64,000 bases of DNA, from positions 119,164,001-119,228,000 of the forward strand of contig NC_082710.1 in NCBI RefSeq assembly GCF_030144855.1, read 5' to 3'. Within the stretch, counting starts at the first letter, position 1. Every line of letters begins with the position of its first letter. The notes under the pieces are model-generated. The model saw nothing but the letters and a program-made list of their open reading frames with translations. It ran no database searches and was not told the DNA's origin. This stretch comes from Hypanus sabinus (Eukaryota). The position numbers and the translations under genes were made by a program. This document shows, in pieces, positions 11,591 to 24,985 of the stretch.

Positions 11591-13511
11591 TAATTGGATA
11601 AATCTAAAAACAGCAACTTCTAATAGCTTATTTTCTCCCCTTGTATCAGAATAGGCTAATGCTGTTGTTAATTATTTATCTCACTCCAGTGACACTATCT
11701 GATCTGATGGGCATCAGTTCTCATCTGCATTTTATGTCCATTGTTTATTTTCTTCCTCTCTAACAGTCTCATTAATCTATCAACCAAATGACCTCACCAA
11801 CAACTTAATGCTAGACAATTTTCTCAAGAACTTTTTTCTTTGTCTTTTCCATTCTTCTTCTACAGTTTCTGCAGCTTAAAAATAATTAGTTTTCTCTATT
11901 TTTCCAGATGCAAGAAAGCATCATTAACCCAAACTTGTAATTATTTCTCTTTCCACAGATGCTGCTTGACCTGCTGATTGTTTCCTGCACTTAAAAAATA
12001 TTTCATTTGCTAAGAAGTTGTAAATGGGATTAAATGTTCTTCAGACATTTGCTAACATCACCACTGACCTTGTTGAAGCAGCTGAAAAGCATTGTTTCTA
12101 AGACATTACCTTAAGGACTAAGTACCACAAGATTCTGTACCAAGGATGATTGGCTTCCAGTAAACCCAACAATCTCATTGTGTTCCAGTCATGACTTGCA
12201 CAGTGTTTTTTGACTGGACATTAATTAATTTAAGTTTTACAGTTGGAAAGAAGTGTCATATTAAGGAACATACACGGTTCTTGATATGACATTTGACCAT
12301 GCAGTGACATTATGTTTCACCCCAGAAAGCTTTTTGGCCCCTGTTTACCCCAAGGTTCTGACAAAGCAAGTAGATCCTGGCAAAATTCACAGTAGATATC
12401 AAGTTTCCTGGAGAATAAGTATTACTTGATCATACTACTGAGGATTGGGATATGACTGAGGGAGCAGAAGTTATTCCAAATGTATTTGCCGTGATTTTTT
12501 TGTGCATTGGATTGATATTCATTATTTTCCACATTGATGGATTATTGCTAATTACAAGTATTGGCACAGTTTGTCCAAGCACTGCTTTTCATTACCGAAG
12601 CCAAATCTGTTCTCTTGTCCCATGGCCTTGGTTGTTTTGTATATTAGTGGCTGTTCATAGATGCCATATGGAATGAATAGAATTAGATAATGTTGGCTTT
12701 TGAAATTGTGGAGACCTCAGGAGGAGATTGAGATTGATTATTTTCTCATCATTTCTGTCTAAAAATGATTGCTAACATCTTAGCCTTGTACTAACCCTCT
12801 GGCCCTTGTCTCTGGTATCAGTGAAAATGATAGAATAGTTGGAGCTTCCTTTCCTTGTTGGCTGTTCTAATGTTTGAATATGGTAATAAAGCAAAACTTT
12901 TCATATGTAAATTTTTCAGTAAAGTGCTGAGCAGTGAAGGAGCTTGCCACTTCTGTTCTCTGAAACATTACAAAGTTGATACTTCATTTCCAGTACACCT
13001 GGTATTGCACTTGCTGTGTATTTCTGCATTTCCTAGTGAACAGAAATGGCTTGATGACAATTACAGAGTGAGGGAAATGTCCAGCCCTGATACGACTGAT
13101 AAGTGATCTATATATTTGTGGTGTTGCTGATTCTGATTTGTTATTGCAGTTCAAAACTGAACATAGGTAAGGCACTCAGATCTGAACAGAATCCTCAGTT
13201 CTGATGGTATTACTGCAAAACGGAATGCATCCTTCGTGTGATTGAAACAGAAGAAATTGGGCAAAGATAAAAGAAAATATGAAAAACAGGTATGGCTACT
13301 CTGGGAAAAGAAACAAATGTAATAAAAGATAGAGGATGAAGCAGAAATAAAACAGGCTGTGAGCAAGAGAGAGAGAGAGAAATAGGCAGGGACAGACAGA
13401 GAGAGAAAGAGGCAAATTGCAAATAGCAGAAATCAGGTCAGAAACTGTATCATGTGACATACTATTTAGAATATTGTGGAACATAAATTAGTTTGAACTA
13501 AAATTGCTTAT

Positions 13512-13716
13512 GGAGTGTTCTCTTGGAAAGAGGCCATGTCCTAGGAGTGTCCTGTTTCTGATTCCCTTGGCTGCATAACATAGTGGCAGATCCACCAATG
13601 TGACAGGAATATTCTGCTGTATCCCAACTGTGGGGATAGCAAGCTGCTTCACCATCACAAATTCAGCATCAGGGTAATTTAGCATGTCTTGGTTATTTAC
13701 TTTGCTGTAAAATCTG
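13512..13716 (-). pseudogene. Exon-like island, open frame SRFYSKVNNQDMLNYPDAEFVMVKQLAIPTVGIQQNIPVTLVDLPLCYAAKGIRNRTLLGHGLFPREHS
   Basis: Acceptor ATTATATACAG; 68 open codons; the donor position reads ATAAGC (GT>AT). Confidence 0.5.
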
Positions 13717-14604
13717 CTGTATATAATGAGCTGCAGTAAGCTGAATTTAGCCCGCCATCCATGGTTCCCATTCACCCATACACACTTGAAAAAGGCAGAG
13801 GGTTGAAAAGCTAGTCACCTGGATCTGGGGCATACTTATAGAGAAATAAAGTTACATCAATCTAAATATTCACCATAAAATAATTAACATAAACATACAT
13901 TAGTATAAAAAGATTAATAAAAAATTAAGGTAAATTAAAGTAAGGAAAATGTTAAAATGAAAGGACTGACTTTTTACTCACCTGCCCTGTCAGGCCAGGT
14001 TTTCCTTTAATTTGGACAGAACTGCTCATCTGCTGACAGGTCTGATGCAGAACATGAGAGGCCGGATTTCAACTTTCCTTAAGACCGTATAAATGTAAGA
14101 CACAAGAGCAGAATTAGGCCCATTGAATCTGATCTGCCATGTATTTTCCCTCTCAACCCTATTCTCCTGCCATCACCCCAAAATCTTTGATGCAATTATT
14201 TATCACGGAACTATCAAACTCTATTTTAAATATACCCAGTGACTTCACCTCCAAAGCCATCTGTAGTAAACAATTCCACAGATCCATCACCCTCTAGCTC
14301 AGGGTTTCCCTACTGGGGTTCCGTGAGGGGTCACTCGGTGTTCCACGAGAGATCATGATTTAATAATATAAGCTTTGTTTTTTGAACATCACGCGATTCA
14401 CAATGCTAGCACTTGCAGTGGTGGGCAGTTAATAAAGTCACAGTTAGTAAAAGGTCCCAGGAAGCAAGTTATTTTGTAGCAGAACTTATTACCCAGAAAA
14501 GGAAAAGTCACAGAGTTAGTGAGAACCTAATTATGCCACCATGTAAAATTATAGTGGGTAAAATGCTTGGACAAGATGCAATACGAGAAATTGCAAAGGT
14601 TTCA

Positions 14605-15617
14605 TGCTCGATGACGATGGTGGCTGGTTCTTCACTTGCAAAGATCAGGTGGGAACAGGAGTCATTAGGATCGATGGCATGATCGTTGGTGACAGTACAG
14701 GCCAATTCCAGATCTGCAGAATCTGGAGCAGGAGGGACACAGGAACAGCTGGTTCTTGGGTAGGAAGATGCTTGTTGTGTCTCCTCTTCTCTTCAGCAGT
14801 CATTCTTCTGGATTCCTCAAAATTCTTGGCTGCATTGTGGTTCAGCATTCTCCTGCAGTCTCTGTCACAAGCCATCTGCTGCCACTCAATATTTGCTTGA
14901 GAGAGCTGCTGGTTAGGTTGATCTTTGTACTTCCAGCGCAGGCCACAACAATCTTTCTTGTCCAGTGAGAGTCTTCAGTAACCTGGAGATGACCATGTGA
15001 GAAACATGGCCTGTTCGGAGGAGCTGCTTCAGCAGCAAAGTGGCTTCAATGTTTGGAAGTTGAGCCTTCTTCGGGACCTCATTGTTGGAGACATGATCTT
15101 GCCAGTTGATACCCATGATGGACCGGAAGCAGCATTGGTGAAAGCACTTGAGCAACCAGATTTGCTTATGGGACAAGACCCAGGCTTTGTAAGCCTTATA
15201 ACAGTATTGCGACGATGGCAGCTCTATACACCTGGATTTCTGTGGATCGATACAGCTGGTGGTTCTTCCACGTGCATTTCTGCAAGTGCCTGAAAGCACT
15301 GCTGGCTCTGGCAAGTCAATTGTCAACGTCCCTTACTATTGTAGCGTCATTGGAGAGGTTGCCTAGATAGGTGAACTCCTCAACTATGGGTGAGAGGGTG
15401 GTTGTCAATGGTGACCCAAAGTGGGTTGTAAACTCCAGGAGGGGCTTCTGATGGAGGATCATTGTTTTCTCCAGACTGCCTGTTAACCCAAAAACCCTTG
15501 TAGCCTTGGTAAACTGTGATGGCAGCCTGTACCATGTCCTGTGTGTGTGTGTGGGAGGAGTGCAATCATCTGCACATAATAGGCTCTTGCACGGTTTTGG
15601 TTCAGGTGAGAAAGTGA
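14605..15617 (-). mobile_element. RTE (BovB-like) LINE 3' fragment inserted in the hAT transposase
   Basis: LLCADDC, VEEFTYLG, FHQCCFRSIMGINWQDHVSNNEV..LPNIEATL..GHVSHM, and a C-terminal CRSGIGLY motif. Confidence 0.88.
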
Positions 15618-17360
15618 CACTCTCAATCTTTATGATAATCGATGTGTTGATCACATGCCACATGATGCTGAAGAGGGTTTGTGTGATAAACTGAAAAACA
15701 ACAGCTTCTGTATACAGGTTGATGAGTCAGCAGATTTCACCAGTAAATGTCACGTTGTAGCATTTGTAAGATTTGTAAAAGATGGTAAAATCCAAGAAAA
15801 CCTTCTCTGTTGCAAAGAGTTTCCCAAAACAAGCAAAGGCCAGGATATATTTTACGTTTCTTCTTCATACCTGGAAACAAAAGGTCTGTCTTGGAGGAAC
15901 TGTGTTGGTATCTGTACTGAAGGTGCCCCATCAGTGGTCGGCTCCATGAGAGGTTTCATTTCTCTTGTAAAATAAAATCTTGACATTGTCACAACACTGC
16001 TTTCTTCACAGAGAGGTGCTGAAGTGCAAAACTCTTGGAGATGAAATGAAGAAAGTTCTGGATGTTGCTACAAAAATTGTGAACTTAATGAAGCAAAGAC
16101 CAGTTCACTCAAGAATGTTTAAAAAACTATGAAAACCTGGACAAAGAGCACACCAATCTCCTTCTACATACAGTAGTCCAATGACTTAGCACAGGAAGAA
16201 TTCTTGCCAGAGTGTTTGAGCTGAAAGGTGAATTGCAGGAGAGCTTTCAAGAAAACAGTTGGCTAGATTTTGTTTTGAAGGTGAAGAATGGCTGCAGAAA
16301 CTAGCCTACTTAGCAGTTATTTTTCATCACACGAACCAATTGAATATGTCTCTGCAAGGCCCTGGAGGAAATATTTTGACTTCAAGTGACAACATTCTTG
16401 GATTTAAAAGAGAACTGAATCTTTGGAAAAATCATGTGCAAAAGGAAACCTTGAAATGTTTCCACTGTTACTTGGGTTTGAGAGTGAGGAAGGATTAGAA
16501 AGTCTTGAGTCCTATTGAAAACCACCCGGAAGTGTTTTCCGTCCCTTTCAGAACAAGTGTATGACTGTGTGAGGGATCCTTTCTCTGAATCCTTTGCTTA
16601 GCCTGAGAACTTGACTTTGAGAAAAGAGGAAGAACTTTGTGAGATGCAGACTAATCATAATCTCAAGATAAAATTTACTGACCTGCCCCTGAACAAGTTG
16701 ATTTCTGTGAAAGAAGAGTATCCTGCCATTCAGAGGAAAGCAATCTTCAACTTCTACATGTGGCAGTAAGCTTTTTCTCGTTTGACAAGCATCAACAGCA
16801 ACGATAGAGAACATCTCATTTCAGTTGAAGTTGAAGTCTGTGTGCATTTATCTTGTTTGACCCAGAAATGAGTATTTGTGCAGCAAAAGAGAAGCACAAG
16901 TTTCATGTACTAGGCCTATACTTGAACTTGATCATGTCATTCAGTAAGAAAATAGTTATTCAAAGTCTTGTATAAAATTGTGTCTTAAGCTATATTTTCA
17001 TTCAAATTGCTTTGTTTTATGGTTTTTAGTAACTTTACTATTCAATATTGTCAATAAATGTTCATGTTGTAAATAGCATTAATTAAAATCAATTTACAAT
17101 CTTTATTTAAATTAAATCTACCGAGCGTACCTTCAGAAAAATTAAATCCCATTTTGGCTTAAGCCAGATATTTAACATAAATTTATTATGTTTACTTTAC
17201 AAGTTTTTTAAATTTATGAAAGGGAAAGAAAGAGATTAATTTCAAGGAAGGTATGCTAAGCGTAACTACCTGCTTTTTTTCAAGAAATGTTGACTAAAAA
17301 TTTATTCTCTACTCAAAAGGGCATTGACAATGATGTTTGTATTATAATATCTACAACTTA

Positions 17361-17944
17361 CTGATAGCGCTGAAAACCCCTGGTTTCCTTGGCTGCATAA
17401 GTCTAGGAAAGACACACTCCGGTCCAGCCAAACCCATGAGAATGGGACGGCTCTCCCACTCCAAACCCTAGTTTGTGTGTGTGCTGTATAATTTGCTACC
17501 CTGTTACAGATTAGTGCCATGAAATAACAGAGTATACTGCATACATTTGAAAGAATTATATTTATGAATCTTAACTAAAGGGTTAGTAAAGAGAAACAAA
17601 AAGGGCCCATTTTAATTAAACTGTCAAATGTGCACAAATTGGAGCCGATCATTTCACTGATCTTCAATCAATCTTGGCATCAGGCTTCATTGAATCATGA
17701 ACCTGCATCGGTCAAATCCTGTGATCTGTTCTGTCCAGTATCTTCTCTCTTCATCTCCCACCGAACAAAAGCCCCAACATCAACTTCAGTTTCCCTCACC
17801 AAAAAACTCTTCGAGGTTCCATTATCCTAATTGGAAGGCACACATTCCTCTTCATCCTTTATCTTCAACAATAACACGAACAGGCTGAATGCAGAACAGA
17901 CTGCATAACAGCATAACAGTAAAAATTTGAACCAGGGCATTACA
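17361..17944 (-). mobile_element. Probable solo-LTR-like insertion in the hAT 3' region
   Basis: Compositionally distinct block ending GGCATTACA (TGTAATGCC on minus); no clear TSD. Confidence 0.35.
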
Positions 17945-19481
17945 ATGCAAATGTACTGTGAGGTGTAGGTATAATAATTTTTACGCAGAGGTTCCCGGAG
18001 ACATGACAATTATTTCAATGGTTCCTTCAGTGCAGAAAAGTTGAGAAAGGCTGCTCTAGCTAATGCAATACTTCATCACTGCTCCAAAGGGATGTCCTTG
18101 TATTCTGAGGCTGTACCTGGAAATTGTATTCTGGAAATTATTGTTAACATTGCATTTGTTTTTTTTTATTACTGACGCAACATGCAAGTTAGTCTTTGCC
18201 TGCACTAGGTATCCAAAGTTCCTTGGCAGCTCCAAATTTTATACGTTTAAAATGTTAACTATGCCTTAATTCCTTCTAGATAAATGCTTGACCATACACT
18301 CCTCTATACTCTATTCCATTTACCTATTCTTTGCCCATTCTCCTTATCTGTCCAGTCTTTCTTCAAACTCCCTGCTTTCTCAAAATTAGCTGCCCCTCTA
18401 TCTAACTTCATATCATCTGCAAACATGGCCACAAACCTATCAATTCTGACATCCAGATATTTAATGTAAAAAATATCAGACCCAACGCTGACCTCTGTGG
18501 AACATCACTAGTTACCAACAGCCAATTAAAAATGGTCCCTTTTATTTTAAAGCACTTTGCTTCCTGCCAATCAGCCAATATTCAAGCTATGCTGGTATTC
18601 TTCCTGTAATACCATGAGCTCTTATCTTGTTTAGCAGCCTCATGTGCTGCAACTTACAAAGGCCTTCTTAAAATCCAAATAAATAACATCCACTGACTCT
18701 TCTTTGTTTATCCTGCCTGCTTTTCTCTGAAATAATTCAAACAGATTAGTCAGGTAAGATTTCCCCTTAAGGAAACCATAATAACTTTGGCCGATTTTGT
18801 TATGTGCCACCAAGTAGCCTGAAATCTCATCCTTAATAATGCCAACCACTGAAATCAGGCTAATTGGCCTAGAGTTTCCTGTCATTCACTTCCCTCCTGC
18901 CTTAATGACCAGAGTAATATTTGAAATTTTACAGTCATTCAGCACCATTCCAGGATCTAGTGATTCGTCAAAGTTCATTAATAATGCTTACACTATCTGT
19001 TCAGCTATCTCTTTCAGAACACTGTAGTGCAAGCCATCTGGTCCAGGTCACTACCTACTGTCAGACTTTTCAGCTTCCCAGACATTTTCTTCTTGGTAAT
19101 AGTGACTAATTCTGTACCCTGACACTCTCGAATTAGTAACCTATTGCTGGTGCCTTCTATAGTGATAGCTAATGCAAAAGTTTATTCAGTTCATCCACCA
19201 TTTCTTTGTTCCTCATTGCCACCACTCCAGCATCAATTTTCAATGGTCTGCTGTCCACCCTTGCCTCTCTTTTACTCTTTATATATTTAAAAAGAAACCA
19301 TTGTGTCCTCCATTATAGTTCACCTTTTCTGCCCTTTGGTATTTGATTTGTTCTCTGATGATACCCAATCCTCTAGTATCCAACACATTTTTGCTGTATT
19401 CTACACCCTATGCTTGCTTTTAAACTGTCTATGATATCCCCTGTCAGCCATGGATGATTTATCCTCCCTTTAAAATGCTTA

Positions 19482-21900
19482 GTCCATAAGACCGTAAGAT
19501 GTAGGAGCAGAATTGGGCCATTCAGCCTATTGCGTCTGCTCCGCTATTCCATCAGGGGTGATCCTGGATCCCACTCAATCCCATACCCATGCCTTCTTGC
19601 TATATCCTTTGATGCCCTGCTGATTTGAAAATGATCAACTTCCAGCTTAAATATACACACAGACCTGGCCTCCACCACAGTCTGTGGCAGAGCATTCCAC
19701 AGATTTACTACTGTTTGGCAAAATGTCCTCCTTACCTCTATTCTACCTTATCTTGTCCTTTCAACATCCAGAATGTTTCAATCAGTTCCCTCTGCATTAT
19801 TTTAAATTCCAGTAAGTACAGGTGCAAAGCTGCCAAATTCACCTCATATGTTAATCCCTTCATTCTCAAAATCATCCTTGTGAACCTCCTCTGGACTTTC
19901 TCAATATCCTTTCAGAGGAATGGGGCCCAAAACTGCTGACCTTGATCTAAGTCATTGGCAAAGAATGTAAAAAGCAGTGATCCCAATACTGACGCCTGAG
20001 GAACACCTAAAGTCACCAGCAAACAACCCAAAAAGGTTGCTTTTATTCCCACTCACTGCCTCCTGCCTGTCAGCCATTCCACTATCCATGCCAGTACTTT
20101 TTGTGTAACACCATAGCGTTTTATCTTATTAAGCAGCCTCATGAGTGGCACCTTATCAAACAGCTTCTGATAATCCAAGTGAATTACATCCACTACCATT
20201 CCTTTGTCCACCCTGCTTGTTGCGTCTCAAAGAACTCTAACAGATTTGTCAGGCAGAAACCATACTGACTTTGATTCATTTTATCATTAGTCTCCAAGTA
20301 CCTAGAGACCTAAAACTTAATAGATTCCAAAACTTTCCCAACTACTGAGATTAGGCTAACTGGTCTATTATTTCCTTTTTTTTTTGCCTTCTTAAAGAGT
20401 GAAGTTACATTTGCTATCTCCCAGCCCTTCAGGACCATGCCAGAATCAAGTGATCCTTGAAAGATCATGATCTTGAAGATGAAAGATCATCAATTATCTC
20501 TTCAGCAACCTCTTTCAGGACTGTGATGGCATCCATCTGGTCTAGCTGGCTTATGCACTTTAAGATCTTTGAGTTTCCCTAGCACATTTTGCTTTGCAAT
20601 AGCAATGGCACTCACATCTGCTTCGTGACACTCATGGACCTCCAGCAAATTGCTAGTGTCTTCCACAGTGAAAGCAAATGCAATGTATCTATTAAGTTCA
20701 GCTGCTATTTCTTTGTCCCCCATTACTACCCCAGCAGCATCATTTTCCAGTGGTTTAATATCAGCTCTCACCTCCCTTTTACTCTTTATATAACTGAAAA
20801 AGCTTTTGGTATCCTGCTTTCTATTATTGGCTAGTTTGCTCTCATATTTCACCTTTTCCAATCTTATAGCTTTTTAGTCGCCTTTTGTTGGATTTTAAAA
20901 GTTTCCCAATCATACAACTTCCCACTCACTTTTGCAACCTTATATGTCCTTTCCTTGGCTTTTATGCAGTCCTTAACTTCCTTTGTCAGCCACAGTTGCC
21001 TACCACTGCCATTTGAGCATTTCTTCCTCCATTGGACACATCTATGCTGTGCCTTGTGAACTATTCCCAGAAACGTCAGCCATCTCTGCTTTGCCATCAT
21101 CCTCAAAAGTATCCTCCGCCAATCCACCTAGACAAGCTCCTCTTTCATGGCTCTGTAATTCCCTTTATTCCATTGTGCTACTGATACATGTGAGTTATGT
21201 TTCTCACTCTCAAATTTCCGTGTGATTTCAATCATATTTTCACTGCTCCAAGGGATTCTTTTACATTAAGCTCCCTAATAAGATCTGGATTATTATACAA
21301 CACTCAGTCTAAGAGAGCCTTTCCAAAAGTAGGCTCAAGCACAAGCTGTTCTAAAAAGCCAACTCAGAGACATTCAAAAAATTCCTTCTCTTGCAATACA
21401 ACACCAACCTGACTTTCCCAATCTCCTTGCACATTGAAGTCACCCATTACAATTGTGCCATTACCCTTTCTTTTGGCTCCATTTACAATTGCAACCCCAC
21501 ATTGGCTACTATTTGGAGGCCTATATTTGATCTCTATAATGTTTTTAAATTCTTGCAGTTTCTTAACTCCACTGACAAAGATTCAGCAGTTTCCGATCTA
21601 ATGTCACCTCTTTCTAAAGATGTAAGCCCATTTCTTACCAGCGGAGCCACATTACCACCTAAGCCTCTCTGGCTGTCATTTCGATACAAAGTATATCTTT
21701 TGATGTTAAGGTCCCAACTATAGTCTTCTTTCAGCCATGTCTCAGTGATGCCCGATTTCTAATTGTGCCACGAGCTTGTCCACCTTGTTCTGAATACTGT
21801 GTGCATTTAAATACAGCACTGTCAGTCCTGCATTCTTCAGCCTTTTGAAATTTGCCTCTATGATACAACTTAACTCTTTGCTCTGTCCGCATCTGCACCC
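19482..21900 (-). mobile_element. CR1 LINE(s): 3' end plus decayed ORF2 from endonuclease to RT
   Basis: KYESKLANNRKQDTKSFFSYIKSKR..ELNRY..FTVED, LWLTKEVKDCIKAK; CR1 tail at ~19482-19560. Confidence 0.88.
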
Positions 21901-22524
21901 AATTACTGTTCTCCTTTGGACTTCCTCTGTAAAATGTCTTTATGTTTCCTTCTTTCTCAGAATGTTGGTATAAATAGCAAGGTCACAATTTATTGCCCAT
22001 TCTTAATTGCGCTTGAGAAATGATGGTGAGGTTGTTCTTTAAGTTGCTGCAGTTCTCAACAGCCTATAACAATGAAAGATGTGCAATGCGTTTTTGAGGT
22101 CAAGACGGTGTCTTACACAGGGACCTGCATATGCTGCTGTGCCTATAAACCTGCTATCTTGTCATTCTTAATTATAACAACAAAGAGTTTTGGAGCTGCT
22201 GTCCATTTATGTAGATAAGTACAGCTCCAGCGATGTTTATTAAATGAAACATTATGTACCTCTCAGCTTAGTAAATTGAGTCAGGTGGTAGAGTGGGAGG
22301 CTGGATGCATCAGCTTCCAAAGGTTCTGTTAATCTCTGATTTCTATTGCAGTGTGTAGGTGGAGAATTCAGAGACAATCTGGCCTGTGAGTAAGACATAG
22401 CTGATGATTTTCAATGGAGTGTTTTGTCCCATTAAAGGAAAGTTTGTCGATTTAAGCTTTGCTGAAATAATAGTGATGGAAATAACTGCTCTCAGCATCC
22501 TGCTTGATCGTTACTCCATACATC

Positions 22525-24115
22525 ACCCTAAAGTTCAAAGTAAGACTTATTATCAGAGTACATTCATGTCACCACATACAACCCTGAAATTCTTCTTCTG
22601 CAGGCATACTTAGCAAATCTAGAGAACAGTAACTGTAAACATCAGGACCTGTTAATTGTAAACAAACTGTGCAAATGCAGATATTAGTAAATAGCAATAA
22701 ATAATGAGCATGAAATAACAATGTAACAAAGTCCTTAAATTAGTGTTTCTGTCCCTTTTTGTTCAAGAGCCTGATTGTTAAGGGATAGTAACTTTACTTA
22801 AATCTGGTGGTGCAAGTCCTGAGGCACCTGTACCTTCTATCCGATGGCAACAGCGAGTAAAGAGAATGGCCAGGTTGGTGAGGATCTTCGATGATAGATG
22901 CTGATTTTCTCTGACAACGTTTCAATGGTTGGGAGGGTTTTACCAGTGATGTATGGGGCTGAATTTATTACCTATTTTGGGATTTTCCACTCATGAGCAT
23001 TGGTATTCCCATACCAGGACATAATGCAGTCAGTCAGCTCACTTCTGTAGAAGTTTACCAAGGTTTCGATGATATGCTGAATCTCTACAGACTCCTGAGG
23101 AAGTAAGAGTGCTGTCATGCTTTCTTTGCAATAACGTTTATATGATGGGTCCAGGACAGGTCCTTTGAGGTAGAGACACCCAGGAATTTAAAGTTATTGA
23201 CCCTCTCAATGTCTGATCCTCTGATGATTACTGGATTGTGAACTTCTGACTTCCCTCTCCTGAAATCTACAATCCATCCTTTGATCTTACTGGCATTGAG
23301 TGAGAGGTTGTTGCTATTACACAACTCAGCCAATTTTTCAGTCTCCCTCTTGTATGCTAATTCTTCACCCCATTTGATACAGCCCACAACAGTGGTAAAC
23401 TTCTATCTGGTGTTGGAGCTGTACTTAGCTAATAGTCAGAGGTATAAATTGAGTAGGGCAGGGGGCTAAGTACACATTGCTACGACGCTCTTGTGCTGAC
23501 GGAGATTGTGGAGAACTTTTTGCCAATCTGAACTGACAAGTGAGGAAATTGTCGATCCAATTGCACAAGGAGGTATAGAGGGCCAGGTCTTGGAGTTTAC
23601 TGATTAGTTTTCAGCTGATGATGGTGTAAAATGCCAAGCTATAATCACTAAAGAGAATCCTGATGTATGGAAGTTTGCTGTCCAGATGTTCTAGGGTTGT
23701 GTGAAAAGGCAACAAGATAGCATCTGCTGCAGACCTGGTGCTTCTGGAAGTGAATTGGAGTGGATCCAAGTCACCATTCAGACAGGGGCTGATATACTTC
23801 AACACCGGTCTCTCAAAACACTTCATCACCATGGATGTAAGTGCCACTAGGGGATAGTCATTTAGAGAGGTTACCATGCTGTTTTTGGGTACCGGCACGA
23901 TTGAAGCCTGCAGAAGGCATGAGGGTACCACACACTGCTGGAGCAAGAGATTGAAAATAAAAGTTTGATGACACCAGCCAGCTGGTTGGCACAGGCCTTC
24001 AGGTCTCGGTCAGGTACTCCATCTGAACCAGATGCTTTCCTTAATTTCACTTTCTTAAAGTCAGCCTGCACATCATCTTCAGATAGTGTAGGACCAGCAT
24101 TTGCAACTGTAAGTG
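22525..24115 (-). mobile_element. Rex1/Babar-type LINE (RT region and 3' UTR)
   Basis: IVPVPKNS..LNDYPLVALTSMVMKCFER..DPLQF..RSAADAI..YIRILFSDYSLAFYTI; NNLSLNASKIK..FKFLGV. Confidence 0.9.
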
Positions 24116-24557
24116 GCTGAGACAACTACAACTGATTGGACATCCAGTCACCATTTGCATGCCACAACCCCTGCAATAAAGTCAACTGAGGGAATTAAGA
24201 AAGGTACTGGATGATGCCACAGCAGTGTTCAAAGATGGCATTGGAAAACTCAAACATATCAAGGGTAAATTAGTGTTAAATGAAAATACCACACTCAAGT
24301 TTTACAATGCCAATCTGGTTCCTTATACCATTCTTGATATTGTAGCCAGTTAGCTAGATCACATGGAGGCTGAAGGAATTCTTTCCAAGGCCAATTGGAG
24401 TCCATGGGCAATGCCAGTAGTCCCTACAGCTGAGAAGAATTAATCTGTCAGGACCTGTGGTTATTTTGAAGTCACCATCAACTCAACATTGAAAGTAGAT
24501 CAAAACCCTCTGCCCAGGATAGAGGATGCCTTTGCAAACCTTTTTGAAGGGCCAAGT

Positions 24558-24809
24558 TGTGGTGAACTACATATACCTGTCTGGATATGCCCACCCACCC
24601 ACCCCCCCCCCCCCGCTGACTGCTCCTGTGGCTCCTCCCACTGATCGTAGCTCCTCCCACAGACCCCGGGTATAAAGGCAATTGGAGACTGAGCCCCGGC
24701 CTCAGTCTCCAGGATATACTGTGGTGGTCATTTGCTGCTTGTTCTTTCTTCCAGCCAATAAAAGCCTATATCTCGCCTCACATCTCCGAGAGTTATTGAT
24801 GGTGCATCA
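24558..24809 (+). mobile_element. Gypsy solo LTR (same family as 41820-42003)
   Basis: TGTGG...CATCA termini; perfect 5-bp TSD CAAGT; TATAAA and AATAAA inside. Confidence 0.9.
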
Positions 24810-24985
24810 CAAGTACTGCAAAGTTGCTTGTGCACTCATTATTACCTGGATGACATCATTGTTACCAGTAAAGAGGACAAGGCATAACTCCAAAATCTTA
24901 AAACAGTGTTAAAAAGATTAGGATATTACGGGCTCAGAGCACAACCCGACAGGTGTGAAGCATCACTTATTGTGGTCACATCATT

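Larger units (their letters stand above)
14300..18053 (+). mobile_element. hAT (Buster/Charlie, ZBED5/SCAND3-like) DNA transposon with decayed transposase
   Basis: Perfect 8-bp TSD CTCTAGCT (14292-14299 and 18054-18061); CAG-starting imperfect TIRs; transposase motifs EASYFVAELI..SENLIMP, FCIQVDESAD..VAFVRF, CVGICTEGAP, HCFLHREVL, LAYLAVIF. Confidence 0.93.
14085..19480 (-). mobile_element. CR1 LINE 3' part, interrupted by the hAT element 14300-18053
   Basis: CR1 3' end at ~14085-14299; RT remnant GNSRPISLISVVG..KSYLTNLFELF..VDVIYLDFKKAF at 18640-18885. Confidence 0.85.
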